This document shows, piece after piece, positions 52,077 through 64,000 of a DNA stretch of 64,000 nt. This DNA comes from Camelus ferus (lineage: Eukaryota), in assembly GCF_009834535.1 (NCBI RefSeq), contig NC_045697.1, forward strand, positions 71,426,001 through 71,490,000. The letters run 5' to 3'. The position numbers and the translations under genes are program-made. Every line of letters begins with the position of its first letter. The stretch's first letter is position 1. The notes below the pieces were generated by a model. It made no database searches and was not told the DNA's origin. It saw only the letters and a list, made by a program, of their open reading frames with translations.

Positions 52077-54834
52077 TGGATGGTTAGGTAATTTTTCTGA
52101 ATCATGTTATGATATAAACAAATCATTTATAAAGACGAATGTGACAGCCATATGTACTATATTTCTGCATTTAACATGGTGAAGGGGGGGGTCTTTAAAA
52201 ATGGACCTGGTCTATTTGGCATTGTTTGGTTACACTGAGAGACACATAATGCCTAGAATTCCCATTTCCAGAAGAATGGCACAATGCTCTATGCAGAAAT
52301 GCCAGCTGTGAAGCAGGGCCTACATTGTGATGCCTGTGTGAGCAGAGAGGTCTGCACTGCCCACTGAGGTCAGGCATCCCTCCTGGGGAACATGGAGAGG
52401 GAGAAGTGCGGGGGTCCAGACTCTCAGCTGCTGTGCGACACTAAGGCACACTTTCTAGCCATCTGATAAGTTGAGTTCATTGGGGTAGATAAAAACATTT
52501 TAATTGTCTAACTACTTGGGACGTCTGCCCTCTCTGTGCACTTAATGGCCTTGGAGGCTGAGGATTGGTCCCTACAGAGTTTTGGCGATACAATAATGCA
52601 TCCTGGAGGACTGATGGAAATGATTAGACTGCCCTAGTTATTCTTTTGGCTCATGAGTTTGATCATGGAAGTGGAAGCCGAAAATGGAAGAAATAGGAAG
52701 TTGAGGCTCAGGAAGATTCAAGTAAAGTAACATTTGATTTTCAAAATTTTAAAGCAAAAAGGGACTACAAATAGTTCATATGCAAAAAATAAAATTAGTA
52801 GATTATAAGTAACCAAGTTATTTCTAGTGTTTTTTGAAAGCCTAGAACCCACTTGCATAAGTAATATATATATTTGAATATAATATAATTCCCATAACAA
52901 TTTGCCATAACAATTTCTACCACATATTTGTAACATAGAATTCTGTGATCAGATTGAGTCACCACAGGGCCAAATTTTTCTTTAATATTTGTAAAAATAT
53001 CATTCATGGTCCTATTCCATACCTCACTGGAAGGCCAATATCTTTTCTAGAGATTTCTGGAAATTTTCAGGGATGTATGCATCCCAATTCAATTCCCAGT
53101 TCCCACCTCAACCTGATTAGCATGTCCTTCTGCAGCTAGGTTGATTCCTCCATCTAAGATCAGCACAGACATGGACCACACGTTCTTTTCTGTGCTTCCC
53201 CCAAAGCATACGGGACAAGCAGTACACATCATGTAGCTTTTAGGATGTTATTTAGTGGGGCAGAGGAGCAGGTGCTCCTGGAGAGGTTTCATACCATCTA
53301 ACAGATAGCAGAGAAAACAACTTAAGACGTAAAATTTTCTTAAAAACTTCCATAGGGACTCCTACTGCTAGGGGTCCTCTGACCACAGCCTCCTACCATG
53401 CTGCTGCTCGTCTTTTCCTTCCAGCTGTCACACCATCCTCGCTTCTGCCTCACCCGTTGTTACCGTTCTAATGTCCTTCTTGACGCTGCCTCCCTCCCCT
53501 CCCCCACCCCACACTCAACCTCCTTTTGTTGTATTTTCTTCTTCAAGACAGTTCAAGGAAGACTTCTTTTATACTCAAAGCCACCACCAAGGTATTTTTC
53601 TAAACAAAAGGCCGTGTCTTCTCATATGAAATATAGCATTCCCTAGTATGCCAAAATCCAACGCAATCTATTCTTACATTACAGAGGAAATTTTCTTTAT
53701 TCCCAAATGTAATACAAAAATGCGAAATTATAAGCAAAATATTAAGATAAACATATGATTATTGCTCTATTGTTTCTGACACTGGTACTTCAATGTTGTT
53801 ATTTTATTTTATTAATGACAATGTATTTAAATTACTCAAGTTCATTGGAGGTATAAGACTTAAAACGTTGAACTTGGTTTGTTGCTAAGAATAAGCCTTT
53901 CTAACAATTGACAACTCATGTAATTTCAAGTACCTAACAGCTTATTCTTATTTTGAGTAATCTTGCATTATTATTTTAAATACAGCATAAGTCGTACAAA
54001 AGGAGGTAATTGGCAGTGAAATGTCATAGTACAGCTTTTTATTATTTGTTACAATAATTCTTTTAAAAATGCAGTCACCTGCTAACGTATAGCATTTATT
54101 CAGTACATTTCCTTTTCAAAATACTTCACCCATATGAATTATTTCCATAAGCACCTCAGTGAAACAGATAAATATTATCCTCTTTTCCAGATGGGGGTAT
54201 GAGGCAGAGATAGACTGTCTAACATCATACAAAGAGAAAATTAGGATAAAGATGTAAGCAAGACTTTCTACTGTCTTCTCACCTTGCTTATTATAATATC
54301 TATGTAGTTTTCTTTCTAAATAAAAGTGAGATTAGAGTTTTTCTCAGAGACAGTGACGTTGGCTTCACTCTATGGTCTTTCCTTGAATCTTTTTGGTGAT
54401 ACAGCTTATCCCTGACCTTCACTTTGCCTTTTTTAAATTAATCTGGAAGAAAGTGTCAATTTTATATTCTCATGTTAAGGTATCTGTGCAGATAAACATA
54501 AAAAAGCAAAAGCCGAATTTACTTACATTTTAAAGCTTCCAAATGCATCATGGGAAACTCCCCATGCATCAAGAGCTCATCAAACCAGGTAAGCCGCAAA
54601 CCAGGGGAGCCTTAAGGTCCGGTCTTCCATAGCCGGGCTTCTACAGAGTGTGTTTTGTGTCACTGAAAATCCTCTCTTTATTCAAATTTAGATAATTCTC
54701 CAACTATCAAAATTTAATTTTTATTGTGTAAGTAAGTGGCTTGAGTAAGAGGAAAAGTTATAATCATTTAATTCAGGTAATTAATAACTGATGATCATTT
54801 TGAACATTTGATACGTTTTTTAAAAATTTAAGTT

Positions 54835-55135
54835 GGATCTCCTCACTCTTCTCTTCAGAATCCTCTGATAACTTTCCATTCACCCAGGATAAAATGCATG
54901 CTTTGATCACAGCCTCTGAAGCCCTCCTACAGCTTTCCCCCTTCCTCCTTTGTTCCAGCCACACAGGCCTTCTTGCCCTTCCTTAGGAATGCGAGCACAC
55001 CTCTTTCCCCATCCTGCTTGGGGCCTGTGCTCCTGTTCTCCCCTCTGCTGTGATTCTCCAGAGACTGCCTGGCTTCCGGGTTCTCTGAACTCTCCAAAGT
55101 GAGCCTGCTTTAAATACATATTTAGCCTTGTTTCC
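54835..55135 (+). mobile_element. L2 LINE fragment
   Basis: CACTCTTCTCTTCAGAATCCTC...CCAGCCACACAGGCCTTCTTGCCCTTCCT...GGGCCTGTGC. Confidence 0.75.
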
Positions 55136-57477
55136 TGACAAAGACTTGTAATAAATAGTCCTTACTTTACCAATTACACTCATGTCTCAATGTCTAAATG
55201 TGAAGCTATGGGTTCTGAGTGTGAACATTCATCTGGAAAGGGGAGCATGCCCAGCCAGCACTGAAAATTATATCCTTCTTAAAAATGCTAAAAGACACCC
55301 AAATTCTATTAACAGTTTTATCTTTAAAACATCACTTGACCATTTTAGACTTTAAAAATGCTATACGAGTTTTTCTAGTTTGTCTCCAAATTCCATAAAA
55401 CATTTGCAACTGGATCAATCAGTCAGTCTCCATGTACAAATGAGAATATTTATTGAGCTACTACTTATGTTCAGAGTGAAGAAATAAAGGCTACAAGCTC
55501 TCTCTCAAGTGTCTATTTTCCTTCCAAGATTCTGTCCACTTGGAGACATAACATAATAAAAACATAAACAATTGAACAACCTTCTGCCTGTCCGCCTGGA
55601 TCCCAGCATCAATGATGAATAATGTCTCAATATTCTTAAAGGTTGACTTTCTCACTAAACTAAGACTAAAATTTACCTGTGCTTGCTCATCCAAATGTTT
55701 GGGGCTGAAACTATTTGGAACAAATTTAATGACCTTTAATAAAAATGTATGTGATATGAATGTTTGCTTCTAGATACAGTGGTTATATTCTTATCAGTGT
55801 GTTTGCATGCATGTGTGATGTTCTGAAAACGTGAATTCGACATGGTAAAAATAGGAATATCCATTACCACAGTGCTCTAACTACACTACTCATGGTACGT
55901 GGGCAAGTGGCCAGCACAGATACTTACAAAATCTGAGTTTGCAATAATGATAGCTTCTTATTCATTCTTGTAAATCCCTAGAGATGCTGTAGCTGAAAAC
56001 CTTTTCAAGTAATGCAGTGTCACTCTGCCCCTTCCTTGAAGTGACTGCTGCAGTCGACCCATTAGCACTACAGGTATTACTATTCTGCCTTTCAAAGGAC
56101 AGGCTCAGGAGATGCGTGCCAAGGGTTCATTGAATGAAATTCTACTGAGCAGCTTCTTCCAGCATGTTTGAGAATGTCAGTTGCAGTGTGATGGATTTAA
56201 TTGTTCAGCAAAGTGGAAATGCTTTCTTGGTTAATGGTTTCTCTTTAAAGAAGGGTCAGATTATTGTGGAATTTTTCCAGGACCCTCACCCTTAGAAACA
56301 GAAGGAAAATGCTGATGTTATTAATTAGTGAGAAGAAGAGTTATCAGCTTTAATATCTTTGGAAATTAATCCATTGCTGTTATATTTCCCAACTTTTGTT
56401 TTTCCCTCTGGGACCTTTAATCAGATCCTAGATGTATCAGTAAACTGGGATTAAGAAGATGGGCTCAGACAGCCAGACTCAGTGATAACTCTGTTATGAT
56501 CTTCCCTGAAGATCTGAAACGTGGAAATATTGATGTTTATTAGGTCATGCAGATAATAATGCTAGGAATCTGTTCTATAATTCATAGGTTACAAATTAAT
56601 TAAAATTATGTCTGAGACAGTAGAGCATAGTACTTGTAAAGATGGCAGTGGTAACCAAATTCCTCTTCTCTGGGAATCTAGAGATCTAGCTTCCTTTGGC
56701 TTTTCTTTTGAATAAAGTTTTTGTCTAAAACCAAAAGAATGATTATTTTCCTAGTAACTGGTTGTAATTGATTTTAATAGTGCTTCTGTATCTACTTTAT
56801 AAAGACATTTGCTTAATACATCAAAATGAAATTGACTTAATGCATTTAGGATTGAAGACTTGCATTTGCTAGGATTTCTGCTACTTCAAAATACAGTATA
56901 ACATTTGTGTGTGATTTGATACTGACCCTGGAGTGAGACGATCGCAGAGCTTTTGGAGGTCTTACGGCTGTGCTGAATGGCGTGGAGAAGAGATGATGGT
57001 TAGGTAATCAAATGGCAAATCCCGTTGGAGGGACATATGTAGCATAGTCTCACCTTCATTCTTAGACACGAGCTGATGCTCAGCGTGAATGAAGTTTAAA
57101 ATGTGATGACAGAGATCGGAGGTTGGAACAAAAGGCTCAGGAAAATTCCTGGCGTGATTTCTATGAAATTTTACCATTTGCTCCAGGGTTCTATTTATTT
57201 GGTCCCCATACTATTCATTGAGCTGGGCCTCTGAAAAGAGATCGGCCAGCATAGACAACTCCAGTGTTGCGAAGGCATCCTATGCATTCCAGGGAAGAAC
57301 AGGGTTTCCTAGGTTCTTAGTGGGACATGCTATGGTGATTCTTGGGATCCCAGTTAAGCTTCAGTCCATAGCTGCCTCTCGATCACATATTTCATTTGAG
57401 TTCTACAATACCAAGAAAACTAATAATAGTTAGTATTCCAACTTTGTTTCCTTGAGAGGCAGAATGGCCCATAGGCA

Positions 57478-58030
57478 TGCATCAGCATGATTTCAGCTGC
57501 AAATAACAGGAAATACATGTAACAATTAGGAAGATATAAGGAGAATCTATTATGACATGGAAGATTTGAAGTATGGCATTTTTAATGCTGATTAAGTCAG
57601 CAGCTTAATGGCAATATCAGAGATCCAGGGTTGTTTTGTTTTGTTTTTTCCATTTTTCAGCTCTGGCATTTTTAGCCTGTCATCTGCTTCCTTCATGGTT
57701 GCAAGGCAGTTGTACGAGCTCAGGTAAGACATTCTGCACAATATTCACAGGCCAGAAGAGAAGACAGTGCGGCCTTTTTTTTCTTTTTTTTTTTTTAATA
57801 GAAAAGGAGGTTTCCTCTGAAGCCTTTCAGCATTTATACTGTCATATCTCACTTGACAGAATTGCACTTTTCCTCTAGTCCTAAACTAAAGCAAGGAAAA
57901 GAATATATGGGTATAATTAGCTTAGACTAATTAAAGGGCCCAGAACCCACTGAAGATTGTCTGATATTTAAGGAAGTGAGGGTTCTTTTGGCAGGAAGAA
58001 GGGGTGAGTGGATACTGTGTAGGCTGACAG
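57478..58030 (-). mobile_element. Old MaLR LTR (MLT1K/L-like)
   Basis: TTTCAGCTGCAAATAACAG start, CAGCTTAATG...ATCAGAGATCCAGG, TCATGGTTGCAAG, ATCTCACTTGACAGAATTG. Confidence 0.7.
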
Positions 58031-58067
58031 ATGGAAGTTTCCTTGAAACTCAATAAACAATACAGTT

Positions 58068-58282
58068 CAGGGTTTCTCAAACCTGGCACTTAATGACATC
58101 TTGGGCCAGATCATTCATTCTTTATTGTAGGCACTGTCCTGTGCATTGTAGGGTATTTACCAGTACCCCTGGCCTCTACTCAATAGATGCCAATAGCAAC
58201 CTGCCTCCCACCTTGTGACAACCATGTTGTGTCCTCAGGCAGGTGGGGGGGGCGCAAAATCACCTCCCACTGAGATGCACTG
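58068..58282 (-). mobile_element. MER20 hAT-Charlie MITE
   Basis: CAGGGTTTCTCAAACCTGGCAC...CTGTCCTGTGCATTGTAGG...CCTGGCCTCTACTCAATAGATGCCA. Confidence 0.88.
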
Positions 58283-59314
58283 ATTTAGTGGGTAGGCATG
58301 GGAGAGGGAAATTGTTTATCAGTAGACTATTGATTGATGATTTTAGGCTTAACCATGGACCTGTGAACCTGATCACATGCTAGGCTATGTTGTGCATGAA
58401 TGACTTGAGGCCAGGTATGCCTTATGTCCCCTTCTAAAGACTTCTGCTGAATGTATGAGGCTTGTTGATCTCAGATTCACAGCTTTCTTTAACTCTCCAT
58501 GAGGTGACCACAAGGTGACCTCTGGTGTGTGTGGAAATCCTGCAGGTGGTGATCAAAGTCAGGGCAAGTGCTGGTTCAGGGTTCCATGGGGAAAAGGCTG
58601 AAATCATGGTTTTAGTGGGAAAAACATACTCGGGGTGAGAATGTGAAGTGAGTTGTTACGTAGTTTCATTTGGCCTGCCAGCCTTACACATGTCCTAGGA
58701 CTTGATGCATTCTCCTAGTAAATGGATCAAGGGTTGCACCAGATCTAAGGAACTCAAAAAATGGTCCTCTGAAATCAGGGCATAACCCAGAGCCCTGGGT
58801 TTGAGACACACTGAACTGGAATTTCAAATTTCTAGAGTCTGAAGGTGAAAAGAGTCACCATACTAGATAAACTGAATAACTAAAATAAGCCAGTTATTTA
58901 GAGAGTGTTACTTCAAACTAAAGTAATTCTGACTACTTAGGGTCCTCTCTCTCTTTGTTACAATTTATCTTTCATTTCAACAGAGGAAGCAATTTAAACT
59001 TCTTTTCGTGGCAGATTTGCAAAAGAGACAGTTTGGGAGTAGAAATAAGGACAGATATCCCAGGAGGGGAAATAAAATGGCCAAAAGGAAGTGAGGCACA
59101 AAAATGAAGAGTCGGAGGAATGAGAGAAGACATATGGACACAGGGATACACAGCAAAGTACCAATGGTACCATCCTGTGCATAATTTATTCAGTTAATTC
59201 ACAGATTTTTAAAATATTGGTATTTATATTTTACAAATGACAATCCACTTCATGTTTTGTGCATTGACAGTTGAGTTGATTGCTCTGTGATTCTGTCTTA
59301 ACATTCAGTTCCGT

Positions 59315-59550
59315 ATGGCATGGTGGATATGAGTAGGAGTGTGAAGCAATGTCATCTTCACTTAACAGCTGTGTGACATTGGGAAATTAACAAATTACAT
59401 AACAACTCTGTGCCTCAAATCCTGTAAAGTGAGCCTGCTAATAGAACCTAGCCCAGGGGGCAGTTGTGGGCATTTTCCAAGTTATTTCAGGGTAAATTAC
59501 TGATCACACTGGCTGGCATAGAGAAAATGTTTAACAACTGTTGTTGCTGT
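59315..59550 (+). mobile_element. MIR SINE
   Basis: CACTTAACAGCTGTGTGACATTGGGAAATTA...CTCTGTGCCTCA...CTGTAAAGTG...CTGGCATAGA. Confidence 0.75.
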
Positions 59551-60627
59551 TTTTTAAATATTACCTTGATTTCTCTCTTTCCGTGAGATCTTGGTACATT
59601 TCTAAATTTAAGCACTAAATTGAATAAGCTACAGTTGTCAGCATTCCTCACTAGTTGAACACATGCTTAGTGCTTCTCATTCTAATTCAAAAACAGTGGA
59701 GAACAATATTGTAGTGAGAATGTCTAGATGGGAAACACTGAAAAGTTACAGAAACCACAGTGATTAAAGTTTGGGATATGCAGATGGCTAAATACCAGTT
59801 TGCAAAAAGATTGTAGAAACTCAAGAAGAAAAACAAAATTTTGCTAATAATTTTGATAATAGAAGCTTTGACTTCATTCAGTTATAAAAGAGTTGATATA
59901 TATACAAAGTTTTATAAAGAGTGAATATATATATATTCATAAAGCCTAGTAAAACAAGTCCCCATGTACTCGTGATACATTTAAAAATAAAACAAGAAGA
60001 GCTGTTCAAGACCTCTGTGTACCTCTTACTGAATTTTGTGTTTATCATTCTATTGCTTTTCTTTATACATTTACAATATATTAATAACCCCTAAGCAACA
60101 ATATTATTTGGTTTTACTTTTATTTGAACTTCAAATAATAGTTATCTGCCCTCTATATTTTCTGAGACTTGCTTTTTATTAAAAATCAACATTATATTTT
60201 TGGTATTATTCCAGGTGGATATAGAGAGATTTAGTTTATTTCTTATCTTTGCTATAAATTTTTTATTGTTTGGCTTACCATTTCTTATTTATTCACCATT
60301 CGATGGACATTTGAGTTGTTTCTGGCTGTTTGTTTTCACAAAGGTGCTGCAATGTACATGTCTTTTGGAGTACATGGGCAAGAGTTTTTGGAGTAGAATT
60401 ACTGGGTCAAAGAATTTAACTATGTTTGTGGTTACACGATAATGTCAGCTGCTTTCCAAAGTGAATATACTCGTTTGTATTCCCACCAGTAGTGTCTAAA
60501 AGTTTCAGTTGCTCTGTATTCTTATCAACCCTTGATATTGTGAGGCATTTTTAAGTTTTACAAATATGAAAGTGTGACATGCTGTCTTAATTTGATCTCT
60601 CTGCGATAAATTTGAGCATTTATTTTT

Positions 60628-60662
60628 CTTTTTTTATTGAAGTACAGTCAGTTTGCCGTGTA
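60628..60662 (-). mobile_element. Micro-L1 insertion (~35 bp of extreme 3' end) with TSD
   Basis: TTTTATTGAAGTACAGTCAGTTT resembles the L1 terminus at 347-369; flanked by AGCATTTATTTTT (60615-60627) and AGCATTTCTTTTT (60663-60675) followed by AA. Confidence 0.75.
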
Positions 60663-60908
60663 AGCATTTCTTTTTAATTGCACGTTCACACTTTTTTTTT
60701 TTCCTGTAAAAGCCTCTTCCTACCTTTTGCCCGCTTTCAACCCTATCATTCGTCTTGTAATTGATCTGTATGGTATGTGTTTATATTTGGGAGACTCATG
60801 CATTGCCAGTTATATGTGTGGTAGATACCGTCACCTGAATTTTGACTTGCTTTTGATATGGCTTATCTGTGGTTGGTGGGGATATTGGTGCCAAGTTGTT
60901 CACGCTCC

Positions 60909-61312
60909 TGTAATAGGGTGATAGGTTTCCAGCCTTTGCCATGTAGCCACGGCTCCCCCCACCTCCAGAGTCATGGGAGTATGATACCCTGAGTGTTGGG
61001 CTCAACCAAGTATCTTGCTTTGGCCAGTGAGTTATGAGCAGATGTGACGCAAGCAGAGGCATTAAACATGCTTGTGCTATTTGGCTTACCATCTATATTC
61101 CTGCCATTTTCGATAAGAAGAACATGCGCTGGTTTAGCCAATGGTCCAAGGAAGACATGTGGAGCAACTGCAGCCCAACCCCAAGCCTGGAACCAAGCCC
61201 AGCTGATATGTAGCCTACCAGCAGACCCATGCACAAGAGAAAGCATGCTTATGATTATAAGACATTTGATTTGACATGATTTGTTACACTGATTATTACA
61301 ACAGCTGAGTCA
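60909..61312 (+). mobile_element. MaLR LTR (MLT1-type) inserted in the old L1
   Basis: CTTGCTTTGGCCAGTGAG...AGCAGATGTGAC...AAGCAGAGGC...GAAGAACATG...TTTGTTACA. Confidence 0.82.
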
Positions 61313-64000
61313 GAACTAACAAGCAAAGCCTTTAATTTAATACGGTTGAATTTATCATTCCTTTCCGTTAGAGTCTGCATATTTTATGTCTTGTTTAAAT
61401 CTAGTTTCTTCCAAAATCATAAACATGTTCTTTGTATATTGCTTAGAAACATCTTTCCTGTCCCAAGATTAACAAGATAATCTATTATGTATGCATTTAA
61501 GCCTATTAATAACAGGGAATTGATTTCATGTTGTGTGTGAAATAGTGCTCGGATTTACTTACTTTTTCATGTGAATACCACAATTGCTTCAGCACAATTT
61601 ATCCATTCTCCACTGATATATAATGCTGTCTTGTTTCCATATAACATTGTTTATACCTGTGCCAATATCACACTGTCTAAATTCCTGTAGTTCTTTAGTA
61701 TGTCTTGCTATCTGGTGGGGAAAGTCTTACCCTCTTCGTATTACAGAAAGTTTTAGCTATATTTCTTCCTTTGTTTATCATATGCATTTATAGTCAGCTT
61801 GTCAAGTTCTTGAAAAGCCAGATTCATATTGGATCTATAGGTAAATTTGAAAACGTTGGATAGTTTTCTGATATTGTTTCATTATCCAGCAGAATCTTTT
61901 TTTTTGTCCATATGTGTATTTTATTTAATACTTCTTAGTAAAGTTTTATAATTTACTTCATTAAGGTCTTGCACATTTTAAAAATAATTATTCTTGGTTA
62001 CTTTTAATTTTGTCACTATTTTGCAGGTATTTTTAAAAAAACTGCATTCTCTACATGTTTGTATCTCCTAAATGCAATTGAGTTGTGTATAATGGATTTT
62101 TTTATTCAACAACCAGGTTAAAATCATGATTAATTTTAATAATTTATCTGTATAATGTTCTTAGTTTTCTAGGTCAAAATCATATCATCTGGGATAATGA
62201 TTGGATTTTTTTTTTACTCCTTTCCAGTGTTCATAATGTTTATTTCTTTTTATTTTATCTCCTTTATTGCTCTCAAAGGGCCCTCTTGCACAACATTAAA
62301 CAGCGGTAAGATAGTGGATTTCTTTCTTATTGATGTTTGCTTTAGGTTTTTTGTTTTTGTATTTGTGTCAGATTAAAGAAGTCCCCTTCTGTTCAAGGCT
62401 CCCTACATGGTTGATGAATTTTGTTAAATGCTTTTCTTGCATCTATTGAGATGATAATATAGTTTATCTCCTTTGATTTGTTAATGTGGTAAAATATATT
62501 AATAGACTTTTTTCCCTAAGGTTAAGCTAACCTTTCATTCCTGGAAACAACTTAATTTGGTCATGACATAGTGTATATTATATATATAGATATATGACTG
62601 AGTTTGTTTCGTTTTATCTTGTTTGCATTATTGGTTTATATTTTTTTCTTCCTTATACCATCCTCTAGCTTTTTAATCATGGTTATATTAGCCTAACCAA
62701 ATAAATGGGGTATTTTCCCTCTTTTGGATCCCAAGAATAATTTGTGTAAAATCAGAATTATTTCTTTCTTGAGTATATGGTAAAATACATTTGCAAAATT
62801 CATTTTGGACCTGCTGTTTCCTTTGTGGAAATATTTTAAGATACTGATTTAATACCTTTAAATGTTATAGTATTACTCAGATTTCTACTTTGTTTTTAGT
62901 TTTTCTGGGCGTCTGTCCATATAATATTAATTTTCAAATCAATTGCCTTAAAGCATTTTAAAAAAATCTACTCATTTGCAATTATATCCTCAATTTACTC
63001 ACCAAATTTTGTTTTTAGCAACTTTAATGTGTCCCTCCGTAATAACTTTTGACATTTGATTTTGTAATTTTTAATTTTATTTTGTCTTTTATATTTGTTT
63101 TCTCTCTCATTAATTTCCCCCAGGATTTGTTTTCATATGTCTTCTATATTTATAGTTGATATGAATGTCTGAAAACCTTAGTTCCTTACCTGAAATATTC
63201 AGGCCATTCACATTTGATTGTGATCTCTTATATGTTTGGACTTATTTCTGTCATCTCATTTGAGATTTTCTATTTTTATTATGTGCTCTATTTTCCCCAC
63301 TTTTTTCTTTCAAAACTTATTTTACATTAACTGATATTTTCCCCCATTATTACATTTTTTTCTTTCTATTTGTTTGGAAGTTACACAGTATCTTAAATAT
63401 TTTTTATAGATTATAGAAATTATGATGCTCAAATTTAACTTTGTGAAATCTGAATTTAATTAGTATGTTTACCCTTTTTCTTTAGAGTGCTTTAACTACA
63501 CACAACTTACCCAGATTTATAACCTTTAGGTTGTAATAATTCAATCTTTGTTTAAATACCACACATTTTACATATCTCTATCTATATATCTGTCTATCTC
63601 TATATACGTACGTATGTGTGTGTGTGTATAGCTTTATACTAGGAACCCTCCATTACATTTAACCACATCCATACTTTTCTTAATTCATCATTACCTCTTG
63701 AATTACAAACCTGTGTTCTGGGATCATGTTCCTTCTTTGTGAAGTATATCTTTTAGAAGTTACTTAAGAAAAGCTTTTGTTGGTCAACACTCAGATTTTG
63801 TATTGTTTATATATGTCTTTTGTTGCATATAGAATGCTAGGTTTAACAGTTATTTTTCTCAGCACTTTAAAGAAATTTTTGCATTGTTTTCTGGTTTTCA
63901 ACAAGTTAAGAAATCAGCTGTCACTTAATTGCGATTTTGTTCTAGGTAATCTTTCTTTTCTCTTTGGTTGCTTATAAAACCTTTTTTTGTCATTTGTGTT

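Larger units (their letters stand above)
59860..64000 (-). mobile_element. Old fragmented L1 (L1ME/MC-type), interrupted by MLT1 and microsatellites, running off the window
   Basis: GATGGACATTTGAGTTGTTTC, TATTCCCACCAGTAGTGT, AATGCTTTTCTTGCATCTATTGAGATGAT and TTTTTCTCAGCACTTTAAAG are antisense L1 motifs. Confidence 0.8.

Overview
This is AT-rich mammalian genomic DNA with no CpG island and no host protein-coding gene, tRNA, rRNA or CRISPR array that I can identify. The L1 3' UTR type and the apparent absence of Alu, BovB/Bov-A, PRE-1 and SINEC suggest a cetartiodactyl, possibly a camelid (inference). Much of the window is transposable-element sequence: two recent 5'-truncated minus-strand L1 copies (~337-2911 and ~27940-29928), several old L1/L2/MIR fragments, MaLR, ERVL and ERV1 solo LTRs, and hAT/Tigger MITEs. 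It also holds a heavily deleted class-I endogenous provirus (14626-~17916, minus strand) that keeps both LTRs, a tRNA-Leu PBS, the PPT, an integrase C-terminus and env remnants. Nearly all ORFs in the track are TE-derived or chance. The non-TE signals worth checking are same-orientation CTCF motifs (45.8 kb, 36.2 kb), a few well-formed but unidentified candidate exons on both strands, a ~130 bp tandem duplication, and several tail-less L1 fragments at deletion junctions. I see no convincing novel biological system. Repeat family names were assigned by eye from remembered consensus features, so they and most repeat boundaries are approximate and need RepeatMasker/Dfam confirmation.
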